NCBI GenBank assembly: GCA_963816185.1
Contig: CAWFJJ010000025.1
Span: forward strand, 128,001 to 192,000
Direction: 5' to 3'
DNA from: Thermoanaerobaculia bacterium
GTDB taxonomy: Bacteria; Acidobacteriota; Thermoanaerobaculia; UBA5066
DNA length: 64,000 nucleotides
Part shown: positions 45,503 through 54,564 of the stretch, in pieces
Position numbering within the stretch: position 1 is the first letter of the stretch
Layout of the letters: every line of letters begins with the position of its first letter
The notes under the pieces: generated by a model
The model's database searches: none
The model's input: the letters and a program-made list of their open reading frames with translations, nothing else
Told to the model about the DNA's origin: nothing
Translations under genes and position numbers: made by a program

Positions 45503-46200
45503 GCTCCTATCCTGCCACGTCGGTCCCAGCCGAAAGCCATGCGCACGCCCGAGACCGCGAGACCGAGGACGAGAGGCACGGCGACGAGGACGAGAGCGAC
45601 GTTCACGCTCTTCCAGGGCGTCCACTGCATGTAGTGCACGCGGTACGTGAAGTCGATCCAGTCGTTGAGAGCGCCCGTCTGCGCGATCTCGCCCGTCAGG
45701 CGGTCGATCGTGACGGTCTTGCCGCCGGAGAAGAAGAGATCCAGAGAAGAATTCTTAGAAAGGGTAAGAACGGAAGGCTGCGCGCGGTGAGAGGGGCCGA
45801 CCTTCACCAGTTCGCCGTAGCGGGCCGCGTGCGCGGAGGCGCGGACGGCGGCCAATCCCCATTCAGAAGAAATCCTCTCTTCTCCCTCCCCGAGAATTCC
45901 TCCCGTCTCTGCATCGACCGCGACGCCTTTCCCGTCCTTCCTCCCGAACCACGCGCCTCGCCCGTCCGGCCGAAGCGCGAACCGCGGCACGCACCCCTTC
46001 TCGAAGCGGTCGCCGGCCGCGGCCTGCGCCAAAGGCACCGTGAAACGCGAGAGGTCCGAGGAGCCGCGCACGGGCGCCTGCAGGGCTTCATACGCCTCGG
46101 CATAGCGGTGCTTCACGTGAAACAGAAGGCCCGTCGCCGTCCAGAGGACGAGCGGGAGGACGAGCGAGAGGCCGAGAAAGCGGTGAAAACGTCGCGTCAT
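45499..46200 (-). CDS. PepSY-associated TM domain protein
   Basis: RRFHRFLG...WTATG, VDAETG, IDRLTG, F.Y.VHY, LAVSG. Confidence 0.8.
   Translation of the reverse strand: MTRRFHRFLGLSLVLPLVLWTATGLLFHVKHRYAEAYEALQAPVRGSSDLSRFTVPLAQAAAGDRFEKGCVPRFALRPDGRGAWFGRKDGKGVAVDAETGGILGEGEERISSEWGLAAVRASAHAARYGELVKVGPSHRAQPSVLTLSKNSSLDLFFSGGKTVTIDRLTGEIAQTGALNDWIDFTYRVHYMQWTPWKSVNVALVLVAVPLVLGLAVSGVRMAFGWDRRGRIGA
46109..46124. other. parS-like site (15/16)
   Basis: TGCTTCACGTGAAACA vs consensus TGTTTCACGTGAAACA, inside the PepSY gene. Confidence 0.45.
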
Positions 46201-46224
46201 AGGGCTCAGCATGCCTCGCGGGTG

Positions 46225-46252
46225 CGTCAAGCTGCCGTGAAATCGGCGTGAA
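46225..46252 (-). promoter_or_regulatory. PHO-box-like triple direct repeat (11-bp period)
   Basis: CGT(C/G)AA at 46225, 46236, 46247 between the divergent phosphatase and Pi-transport operons. Confidence 0.55.
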
Positions 46253-46277
46253 GCGGCTCTGATACTCTGCGGAGGCT

Positions 46278-46901
46278 GTGATCAAGCTTTTCCCGCGCGA
46301 GGAGAGCTTTCTCCCGCAATTCGTGCGCGCCGCCGAGATCATCCTCGAGGCCGCGAACGCCCTCGACCAGCTCGCGGCGGACTTCACCGAGGTGGAGCTC
46401 AAGGTCGCGCGGATCAAGCACCTGGAGCACGAGGGCGATCAGGTCGCGCACCAGACGTTCGGTCTTCTCTCGCGCACGTGGATCACGCCCATCGACCGCG
46501 AGGACATCCACACGCTCGTCAAGGCCCTCGACGACGTGCTCGACCATCTCGACGCCGCGGCCGCGCGCCTCGTCCTTTACAAGATCCCCGCCCCGACGCC
46601 GGCTCTGAAGTCGGCCACCGCGCTTCTCGTGCAGTCGGCCGAGGCGATCTGCCGCGCAGCGGGCCTCCTCGGCGACCTCAAGAACTCCGCGAAGATCCTG
46701 GAGATCTGCGTGGAGATCAATCGCCTCGAGAACGAAGCCGACACCCTGAACCGGATCTCCATCGGAAAACTCTTCGAGACGGAAAAGGATCCGATCGCGC
46801 TCATGAAGTGGAAGGAGATCTACGAGGTTCTCGAAGAGGCCACGGACCGCTGCGAGGACGTCGCGAACGTTTTCGAGCAGATCGTTCTGAAGTCCTCCTG
46901 A
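46278..46901 (+). CDS. DUF47 / PhoU-like phosphate transport regulator
   Basis: LEHEGD, ITPIDREDI, LDDVLD, LENEAD, LE.ATDRCEDVA. Confidence 0.92.
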   Translation: MIKLFPREESFLPQFVRAAEIILEAANALDQLAADFTEVELKVARIKHLEHEGDQVAHQTFGLLSRTWITPIDREDIHTLVKALDDVLDHLDAAAARLVLYKIPAPTPALKSATALLVQSAEAICRAAGLLGDLKNSAKILEICVEINRLENEADTLNRISIGKLFETEKDPIALMKWKEIYEVLEEATDRCEDVANVFEQIVLKSS

Positions 46902-46917
46902 GCCTCGCGCCCCGCCG

Positions 46918-47904
46918 ATGACCTTCGTTCTCTTCGTCGTGTTCGTGGCGCTCGCTTTCGATTTCAGCAACGGCTTCCACGACGCGGCGAACTCCATCGC
47001 GACCGTGGTCGGCACGCGGGTCCTGACGCCGAAGAAAGCGGTCATGTGGGCCGCTTTCTTCAATTTCGTGGCGGCCTTCTCCCTCGAGACGCGGGTCGCC
47101 AAGACGATCGGCAAGGACATCGTGAATCCGGCGGTCGTGGATCCTTTTCTCATTTTCGCGGCGCTCGTGGGGGCGATCGTGTGGAACCTCGCGACGTGGT
47201 GGCTGGGTCTCCCGTCCTCCTCCTCGCACGCGCTCATCGGGGGACTCGCCGGCGCGGCCCTCGTGAAGGCGGGGCCGGCCTCTCTCGTGCCGGAAGGCCT
47301 CGTGAAGACGATCGTCTTCATCGTCCTGTCGCCGCTCCTCGGGTTCGTGCTCGGCTTCATCTTCTTCCTCGCTGCCGCCTGGATCTTTCGTAACGCGCGG
47401 CCCGAGCCGCTCGATCGAGGTTTTCGAAAGGTCCAGCTCGTCTCGGCGGCGGCTTTCTCGTTCGGCCACGGGATGAACGACGCCCAGAAGACGATGGGCA
47501 TCATCGCCGTGCTGCTGTTCTCCACGGGTACGCTCAAGACGCTGGAGATTCCCTTCTGGATCGTCCTCATCTGCCACGCGGCGATCGGCCTCGGGACGCT
47601 CTCGGGGGGCTGGCGCATCGTCCGCACGATGGGCATGCGCATCACGGCGCTGAAGCCGATCGGCGGCTCGTGCGCCGAGTTCGCGGGAGCGGTGACGCTC
47701 ATCGGCGCATCGCTCGGGGGGATCCCGGTGTCGACGACGCACACGATCACGGGTGCGATCATGGGAATGGGCTCCGTTCGGCGGTTCTCGGCCGTGCGCT
47801 GGGGCGTCGCACGCTCGATCGTGATCGCCTGGATCCTGACGATCCCGGCGTCCGCCGCCGTATCGGCCGCGGTATGGCTGGGATTGTCGGCGTTCCGGCG
47901 CTGA
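46918..47904 (+). CDS. pit: Inorganic phosphate transporter, PiT family
   Basis: NGFHDAANSIAT, GLPSSSSHALIG, HGMNDAQKTMG, PVSTTH. Confidence 0.94.
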   Translation: MTFVLFVVFVALAFDFSNGFHDAANSIATVVGTRVLTPKKAVMWAAFFNFVAAFSLETRVAKTIGKDIVNPAVVDPFLIFAALVGAIVWNLATWWLGLPSSSSHALIGGLAGAALVKAGPASLVPEGLVKTIVFIVLSPLLGFVLGFIFFLAAAWIFRNARPEPLDRGFRKVQLVSAAAFSFGHGMNDAQKTMGIIAVLLFSTGTLKTLEIPFWIVLICHAAIGLGTLSGGWRIVRTMGMRITALKPIGGSCAEFAGAVTLIGASLGGIPVSTTHTITGAIMGMGSVRRFSAVRWGVARSIVIAWILTIPASAAVSAAVWLGLSAFRR

Positions 47905-47907
47905 CGT

Positions 47908-48522
47908 TCAGCCCTTCGGCCGGCGCCTCAGCAGCTTCCCGAGCGCTGCGTTGACCTTGCTTTCCCGGGGAAGGAACGGCAGCGGCGGGGTCTTTCGCAT
48001 GCCGATCTCTTCCCAGAGAGCCTTGAGGATCGAGCTTTTCGGGAGCGCCTCCACGCCCCGTTCCAGGGCCTGGATCATTTTCAGGCGCTGGCGGCCCGCC
48101 TGCCAGATGCGCACGAGGTTGACGTAGTGCTCGACCCGCGAGGACTCCTTCTGAATCGCGAGCTCGCAGAAGCTCGCGGCTTCCGCGGCACGCGTCGGAG
48201 CCGTGCGCGCGAGGCAGAGGCCGTAGTACGAAAACATGATGCCCGGCGCGCGCCGGCGCGCCTCCGGCGCCACCTCTCCTGAAGACTCACGCGCGGCCTC
48301 GCTCTTCACGTCTCGCTCGCCCGAAAAAATGCGGTAGGCCTCCGTGAGGAGGATGAGGCCGCGTTCGAACCGCTCGTCCCTGGCGGCCTCCACACCGATG
48401 CGCGTGAGCTCCATGGGATCCTTCGTCCCCGCCTCGGCGAGAAGCTCGGCGGGAATCAGGTTTCGTTCGCGCATTTGACAGGCAGTCTCGGGCTTCGCAG
48501 CCGGGTGCGTCAAGCGGGGCAT
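47908..48522 (-). CDS. TPR-like helical hypothetical protein
   Basis: SYYGLCLA...A..FCE.AI...HYVNL..., C-terminal G.R..P.LPFLPR...VN..LGK. Confidence 0.7.
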   Translation of the reverse strand: MPRLTHPAAKPETACQMRERNLIPAELLAEAGTKDPMELTRIGVEAARDERFERGLILLTEAYRIFSGERDVKSEAARESSGEVAPEARRRAPGIMFSYYGLCLARTAPTRAAEAASFCELAIQKESSRVEHYVNLVRIWQAGRQRLKMIQALERGVEALPKSSILKALWEEIGMRKTPPLPFLPRESKVNAALGKLLRRRPKG

Positions 48523-48548
48523 GGCCGGTCCTCGGGTATCGTCTGCGC

Positions 48549-49742
48549 GTGCGGACGCTCCACCTCGTCAAAGGCCGCGACGCGGCGACACGCCGCCGCC
48601 ATCCGTGGCTCTTCTCGGGAGCCGTCGCGCGGCAGGAAGGCGCCTCGCCGGATGGATCCGTCGAAGCGCGGGACGCCTCAGGTGCGTTTCTGGCGCGCGG
48701 GTTCGCATCGCCGGCAGCCTCCATCGTGGCCCGCTTCTGGACGTTCGAAGAGGGCCGGCCGCTCGACGCGGACCTCGTCGCGAAGCGTGTCCGGGAGGCG
48801 GTGGCTCTGAGGGACCTCGTCGTGCCGCCCGAGACGGACGGCTACCGCGTCGTGAACGCGGAAGGCGACTTCCTGCCCGGCCTCGTCGCAGACCGATACG
48901 GCGGAGCCCTCGTCGTCCAGGCGACGACCGAGGGCACGGAGCGAGCCCGTCCTCTCTGGCTGCCTCCGCTCCTCGAGGCGCTCCCCGAAGCGGCGGTCGT
49001 CCAGAAGAACGACCTGCCGTCGCGCGAGGGAGAAGGGCTCTCGCTCGACGACGAGCTTCTCGCCGGAGACACGAGCCCTCGGCGGGCGGCGTTCCGCGAG
49101 CGGGGCCTCGCCTTCGTGGCGGACATCTCCACCGGGCAGAAGACGGGTTTCTTCCTCGACCAGCGCGAGAACCGCTTCCTCGTACGGTCGCTCGCGGCCG
49201 GCCGGAGCGTCCTCAACCTGTTCTCGTATTCGGGCGCGTTCGGCGTCGCCGCCCTCGCAGGCGGCGCGACACGCGTCGTCCACGTCGACGTGTCCCGAGA
49301 CGCGCTCGAGCTCGCGCGCGAGAACCACGTTCTCAACGGACAAGCCGTCGAGGGGCCCGAGGCGCGCGTCGAGACGCGGGAAGCCGACGTCTTCGACGAC
49401 CTCAGGGTCCGCGTCGCCGCGGGCGAGCGCTGGGACTTCATCGTGACGGATCCGCCCGCGTTCGCGAAGCGGAAGGCGGACGTCGACAAGGCGTGCCGCG
49501 GCTACAAGGACGTCAACCGGCTCGCGTTTCAGCTCCTCGCGCCGGGCGGCCTTCTCCTCGCGTGCTCGTGCTCGGGCCGTATCTCGCCCGACCTCTTTCA
49601 GAAAGTGATCTTCGCGGCCGCTCTCGATGCCCGCCGTCCGGCGCGGCTTCTCGAAAGGCGCGGAGCCGGCCCGGACCATCCGGTCTCGATCGACTGCCCG
49701 GAGGGGGATTACCTGAAGGCCTTCCTTCTCGAGGCGCCATGA
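48549..49742 (+). CDS. rlmI: 23S rRNA m5C1962 methyltransferase RlmI-like
   Basis: PUA (HPWLFSG), EGD.LPGL, GQKTGFFLDQR.NR, VLNLFSYSG, DPPAF, CSCS, YLK. Confidence 0.9.
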   Translation: MRTLHLVKGRDAATRRRHPWLFSGAVARQEGASPDGSVEARDASGAFLARGFASPAASIVARFWTFEEGRPLDADLVAKRVREAVALRDLVVPPETDGYRVVNAEGDFLPGLVADRYGGALVVQATTEGTERARPLWLPPLLEALPEAAVVQKNDLPSREGEGLSLDDELLAGDTSPRRAAFRERGLAFVADISTGQKTGFFLDQRENRFLVRSLAAGRSVLNLFSYSGAFGVAALAGGATRVVHVDVSRDALELARENHVLNGQAVEGPEARVETREADVFDDLRVRVAAGERWDFIVTDPPAFAKRKADVDKACRGYKDVNRLAFQLLAPGGLLLACSCSGRISPDLFQKVIFAAALDARRPARLLERRGAGPDHPVSIDCPEGDYLKAFLLEAP

Positions 49743-50950
49743 CGGCTCGTGTCGCGCTCGTCGGCCCTTTCCCGCCTTGGCGCAGCGGGATCGCCGACCA
49801 GGACGCGCGCCTCCTCGCCGCGATGCGGCGGCTGGGCGTCGACCCGCTCGTCATCGGCTTCTCGCGCATGTATCCGAAGTTCCTCTATCCGGGGACGTCG
49901 GACTATTCGGAGGAAGAGAACAAGAGATTTCTTAGAAGGAGAAGAGAAGGATTCGGACGGTAAGAGGCAGCGCTCCGTCGGGCAGGCCATCGCGGTTCCG
50001 CGGCGAGAAGAAGTCTCTTAGAAGGGAAAATCCTCGACGGTCTGAATCCCTACTCGTTCGTGCGGGCGGCCCGCTTTCTTTCCTTCGAAGAAGTCTCTCT
50101 CGTGATCCTTCCCTGGTGGACGTCCTACTTCGCACCGCACGTGTGTCTGCTTCTGTCCACACTCGGCGCCGAGCGGCCCGCCGCCGTGCGACTCCTCCTC
50201 TGCCACAACGTCTTCGACCACGAGTCGCACCCTCTCAAGGACGCCCTCACACGCGCCGTTTTCCGCAGGGCGGATCGCTTCGCCGTGCAGAACGCGCGCA
50301 GCGCGCGCGAGATCTCCGGCGAGCGCCCGGACGCGCCCGTCGCGCTGGTGCCGCACCCGGCCGAGCCGCGCGCCGTCCTGCCCGACCGAGACGCCGCGCG
50401 TGGCCATCTCGGCCTCCCTTTGGACGCGCCCGTCTTCCTCTTCAGCGGCCTCCTCAGGCCGTACAAGGGCTGGGACGTCCTCCTCGACGCGTTCGCGGCG
50501 CTGAGGAAGGAGGTCCCGTCGGCGCTCCTCGTCTTCGCAGGCGAACCCTGGGGCGAGGCGCGCCGTCTCGAGGCGTGGGCCCCGGCAGGCGTTCGCCTCG
50601 AGCTCCGCTACTTGTCCGAGAAAGACCGCGGGCTGTGGTTCGCGGCCGCGGATGCCGTCGTGTGCCCATACCGGCATGCGACGGGCTCCGGCATCGCGGC
50701 CGACGCCCTCGCGTACGGGCGGCCCGTCATCGGGACGACGGTCGAGGGCCTCTCGGATGTCGTCGAGGATGGGCACAGCGGCCTCCTCGTGCCTCCGGGG
50801 GACGCGCCCGCCCTCGCGTGCGCGATGACGCGCTTCGTGCGCGAGGGACTCGGACCGCGCCTCGCGGCGGGCGCGGCACACCTGAGGGCCTCGTTCGGGC
50901 CCGACGCCCATGCCCGGCGCCTGCTCGCGTTGGGCGGCGTGGCTGTCTGA
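49739..50950 (+). pseudogene. Glycosyltransferase family 4, interrupted by an in-frame TAA (49961) inside an AG-rich insert
   Basis: N-part VGPFPPWRSGIA...YPKFLYPG and C-part LNPYS...RPYKG...PYRHATGSG..GRPVI are in the same frame, separated by the stop. Confidence 0.7.
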
Positions 50951-50978
50951 CCGACGGCGGTTGGTAGACTCGCCGCCG

Positions 50979-51788
50979 ATGGGCCAGGTTCGCATGTTTC
51001 GCGACCGCGTCGTCTCGATGGAGCAGACGCAGGAGATCGGCGAGAAGTACATCGGGCTTCTGAGCGCGCTCGCCGTCGAGGCGCTCCCCGGCTACGCGCT
51101 CTCCGCGCACGGCCTCGACCACGAGCGCGACCACTACTGGCTGACTCTGGCAAACGACGCGACAGGCCAGACGCGCCGGCTCGTCTTCACGCGCATGTTC
51201 CTCTCGGACGCGAACCGGCTCCCGGCCGTCGTCGTCGACGCGAACGCGCCCGTGAAAGCTCAGATCGTCGCCTGCATTCGCGAGCAGGCCGCGCGAGCGG
51301 AGATCCTCGTCACGGTCGCGGGGCTCCTCACGGAGGAAGAGCGGCTGGAGCGCGACGAGATCGAGGCTGAATGGCGGAAGAAGCACGAGGCCGAGCTGGC
51401 CGCAAAACGCGCCGAGGAAGAACGCCGCGCGCGCGAGCGCCAAAGGCTCAAGCAACTGGAGGACGCACGGCGCCACGCGCAGCGGGAGCGCGAGCGCCGC
51501 GAGCGAGCCGCGGCGGGACAGAAGCAGCAGCAGCCCGGCGAGGGCGGCGGGCGACGCCGGCGACGCCGTGGGCGCGGCGGAGCCGGAGGCAACGCAGGCG
51601 GGGGCCGCCCTCAGCAGGGACAGCCGGTGGTCGCAGCAGCGGCGCCGCGGCCTCCTCAGCCCGTGAATGCCCCGCCTCCCGAGGCCTCACGTGTCGAACG
51701 GGGAGGCGGCCGGCGGAGGAGACGCCGTGGGCGAGGCCGCAGCCCCGGGGGGCCGAAGACGTCGCCTCCGTCAGGCGGATCGACCTAG
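50979..51788 (+). CDS. Hypothetical protein with coiled coil and Arg/Gly-rich disordered tail
   Basis: Globular N-terminus, E/R/K-rich helix, two [11 protein letters not shown] motifs. Confidence 0.7.
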   Translation: MGQVRMFRDRVVSMEQTQEIGEKYIGLLSALAVEALPGYALSAHGLDHERDHYWLTLANDATGQTRRLVFTRMFLSDANRLPAVVVDANAPVKAQIVACIREQAARAEILVTVAGLLTEEERLERDEIEAEWRKKHEAELAAKRAEEERRARERQRLKQLEDARRHAQRERERRERAAAGQKQQQPGEGGGRRRRRRGRGGAGGNAGGGRPQQGQPVVAAAAPRPPQPVNAPPPEASRVERGGGRRRRRRGRGRSPGGPKTSPPSGGST

Positions 51789-52702
51789 AGCACGTCGCCG
51801 CAATGCGGGCAGAAGACGAAGCCCTGGGTGTTCTCGTGCGCGCACGAAACGTCCTCCTTCGGGCGTTCGGCGCTCGCCGCCTCTTCGAAAGGATGCAGCC
51901 GGACGCGGACGCCGTGCGTGTCGACCGCGAGCAGCTCGAGGCGGCGTCTGACCTTCCCTTCCGGGCCTTTCGCCTCGACGACGAATCCCTCGGGGCGCCG
52001 GCAGCGCTCCTGGAACCACGCGGTCAAGGGGCCGAGGAGCGCGGCCGAGAGACGCCGCGTGACGGCGGGGTGATCGGCGTCGAACGTGCGCAGGAACGCG
52101 CCGTGCGTGTTCGCTCCGAGCTCGAGCTCGGTTGCCCCGAAGCGGAGGGCCTCGGCGAGGAGCGCGCGCCCCAGACGGCCGATCGAGTCGTCGGGTGCCG
52201 CGAGCGCCGCGGGAACGGTCGGAGGCTCCGTCCGAGCGGGTGACGCGGGCGAGGGCGCCGATCCGGCCGCCTGACCCTCGAAGCTCTCGATGAGGTCTTC
52301 GAGAACGGGGTCCGGCGTGACGTGGAGCTCCACCTCGAAGCCCGTCGCGTCGGCGAGATTCTTCAGGAGCACGAGATTACGAGGATCCGAGGTCGCGATT
52401 CGGAGGCGCTTGCCCGAAAGTGCGAACGGAAATGCGCGGAACCGACGCCGCTCCTTCGCGGGAAGGCACTCGACGATGTCCGGGTCGGACGCGACGAGCG
52501 TGGCGCGCGAGACGCCGGGCAGACCGTAGGCCTGCGATAAGGCGGCGATCAGGACCTCCTCGGTGACGGCGCCCGTGGAGAGAAGCGCCCTCTCGATCGT
52601 CCCGCCGTACGTCTTCTGCCACGTCGAAGCACGGCTCAGCCGGCGCACGGTCAGGTCGCCGGCTTCCGCCAGGACGTCTCCGACTCCGAGAGGGACGGCC
52701 AT
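51785..52702 (-). CDS. T2SSE_N/MshEN-like domain protein without ATPase, C-terminal zinc ribbon
   Basis: C-terminal part of ORF 51785..54148 from ATG 52702: G.VL...G...Q...GG....L...G.V.E..L..ALS..YGLP, ATSDP.N, FCPHCG. Confidence 0.7.
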   Translation of the reverse strand: MAVPLGVGDVLAEAGDLTVRRLSRASTWQKTYGGTIERALLSTGAVTEEVLIAALSQAYGLPGVSRATLVASDPDIVECLPAKERRRFRAFPFALSGKRLRIATSDPRNLVLLKNLADATGFEVELHVTPDPVLEDLIESFEGQAAGSAPSPASPARTEPPTVPAALAAPDDSIGRLGRALLAEALRFGATELELGANTHGAFLRTFDADHPAVTRRLSAALLGPLTAWFQERCRRPEGFVVEAKGPEGKVRRRLELLAVDTHGVRVRLHPFEEAASAERPKEDVSCAHENTQGFVFCPHCGDVL

Positions 52703-52812
52703 CTTGTCGTGAGTGCCCTTGCAGGAACCGGGCCGGGGCGGGAGGAGGCCGGCGAGCGAGAAAACGACTTCCGGCGGCGGTTCTGCCGGCGGCAGGTGAC
52801 GAAAACTGTCGC

Positions 52813-54564
52813 TCAGGAAGCCGGAAAATACTCGCGCCAGCGCCGGTCGACGAGCGCGGCAGTGCCGGGATCGGCCTCCACGACTTTCGGCATCCAGGGT
52901 TTCGTTCGGGCGTCCAGGACGACCGGCGGCGCGAAGGCGATGTGGTTTCGGATCACCTCGTGCCGGCCGTGGAGGTCCGCGGCGGGCTCGAATCGCGTGA
53001 AGACGTGCCAGAGGAACGAGCGCTCGTCCTTCGCCGCCGCAGCCGCGTCGTCGGCGAGGACGACGAGCGGCCAGCCGGCGACCGCAGGGTCGTGGGCGAG
53101 GAGCTCTGCGAAGGAGCGGTCGGACGCGAAGGACGGCCCGTCCAGGACGAGCGCGCCGGGACAGAAAACGGCGGCCGTGCGCGCGCCCTCGGGAAGCGTG
53201 CCGCGGAACTCGTGCGGGAGGTCCCGGACCGCCTCCCCGAGGCCGAGGAGGACGCCCTTGCTGCCTTCGTTCACCTTCGGGCCCGTGTAGTCGAGCGTGT
53301 CCATCGCGAGGTTCGAGAACACGAAGAGGTCCGTCTCGAACCGGCAGCGCGCGAGGACGTGGCCGAGGAGGCCGCGGAAGTCGCGCAGGTCGCGCCTCGC
53401 GTCGGTGACGAGCAGGAACTTCGTGAGCGCGAGCTGCCCCTCGCCGAGGATGCGGAAGGCCGAGGTCATCGCCTCGCGGCCGTACCGGTCCTTCACGACC
53501 GCCGCCGCGAGCGAGTGGAAGCCCGTGTCGCCGTAGCTCCGGAGGTCGACGACGGACGGCATCACGAGCGGAAAGAGCGGGGACAGGAGATCCTGCAGCA
53601 TGTCGCCGATGTAGAAGTCCTCCTGGCGGGGCATCCCGACGACCGTCGCCGGGAAGATTGCGTTTCGCCGCCGGTAGATCCGCGCGACCTCGAAGACGGG
53701 ATAGTCGTGCGCGAGCGAGTAATAGCCGTAGTGGTCCCCGAACGGGCCCTCCGCCTTCCGGACTTTCGGCGGCACCGAGCCGGTGAGCGCGAACTCCGCG
53801 TCGGCGACGAGGCGGTGCGGGTGAGACGGGACGCTCGTCATCGGGAGCTTCTTCCCGAGAAGGAGAGAGGCGATGAGGAGCTCGGACAGCCCCTCGGGCA
53901 GCGGCGCGACCGCCGCGAGGATGAGGGCGGGAGGACCACCGAGGAAGACCGTGAGGGGCAGCGCGGACCCCCGCGCCTCGGCCTCGTGGTAGTGGAGCCC
54001 GCCGCCCTTCGCGATCTGCCAGTGGACGCCCGCCGTCCTCGGACCGTGGATCTGCATGCGGTAAACGCCGAGATTCGACTCGCGCCGGACGGGATGTTCC
54101 GTGTAGACGAGTGGCAGCGTCAGGAACGGTCCGGCATCCTCGGGCCATTGCGTGAGGGCGGGGAGGCGCGCGAGATCGGGCGCGTCTTCCACGACGTCCA
54201 GCACGGGTGCGACCGAAACGCGCCTGGTCCCGATGCGCAGCGCGGCGCCGAAGAACGACCGGAACGCCCAGAGTTTCTCTCCCGTCGGCGGGAGGAGCTC
54301 GACCGCGGCGCGCGCCGCTGTCTCGACGAACTCCCGCGGCTTCTTCCCGAACGCGAGATCGAGGCGCTTCTCGGTGCCGAAGAGATTCGTCACGACGGGA
54401 AAGTCGGCGCCCCTCGGGCGCTTGAAGAGGAGTGCCGGACCTCCCGCCTCGATCACCCGGCGGTGGATCTCCGGGATCTCGAGTCGCGGGTCGGCCTCGG
54501 CCTCGATCGTCGCGAGCTGATTCTCGCGGCGCAGGACGTCGAGGAAGGCGCGGAGGTCTCTCAG
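52813..54564 (-). CDS. UbiD-family prFMN-dependent decarboxylase (long MqnL-like type)
   Basis: DLRAFL..L, GGPALLF, NLFGT, NLGVYR.Q, EGPFGDHYGYY, GMPRQED, DTLDYTG; frame open to about 54564, exact start unclear. Confidence 0.88.
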   Translation of the reverse strand: MRDLRAFLDVLRRENQLATIEAEADPRLEIPEIHRRVIEAGGPALLFKRPRGADFPVVTNLFGTEKRLDLAFGKKPREFVETAARAAVELLPPTGEKLWAFRSFFGAALRIGTRRVSVAPVLDVVEDAPDLARLPALTQWPEDAGPFLTLPLVYTEHPVRRESNLGVYRMQIHGPRTAGVHWQIAKGGGLHYHEAEARGSALPLTVFLGGPPALILAAVAPLPEGLSELLIASLLLGKKLPMTSVPSHPHRLVADAEFALTGSVPPKVRKAEGPFGDHYGYYSLAHDYPVFEVARIYRRRNAIFPATVVGMPRQEDFYIGDMLQDLLSPLFPLVMPSVVDLRSYGDTGFHSLAAAVVKDRYGREAMTSAFRILGEGQLALTKFLLVTDARRDLRDFRGLLGHVLARCRFETDLFVFSNLAMDTLDYTGPKVNEGSKGVLLGLGEAVRDLPHEFRGTLPEGARTAAVFCPGALVLDGPSFASDRSFAELLAHDPAVAGWPLVVLADDAAAAAKDERSFLWHVFTRFEPAADLHGRHEVIRNHIAFAPPVVLDARTKPWMPKVVEADPGTAALVDRRWREYFPAS

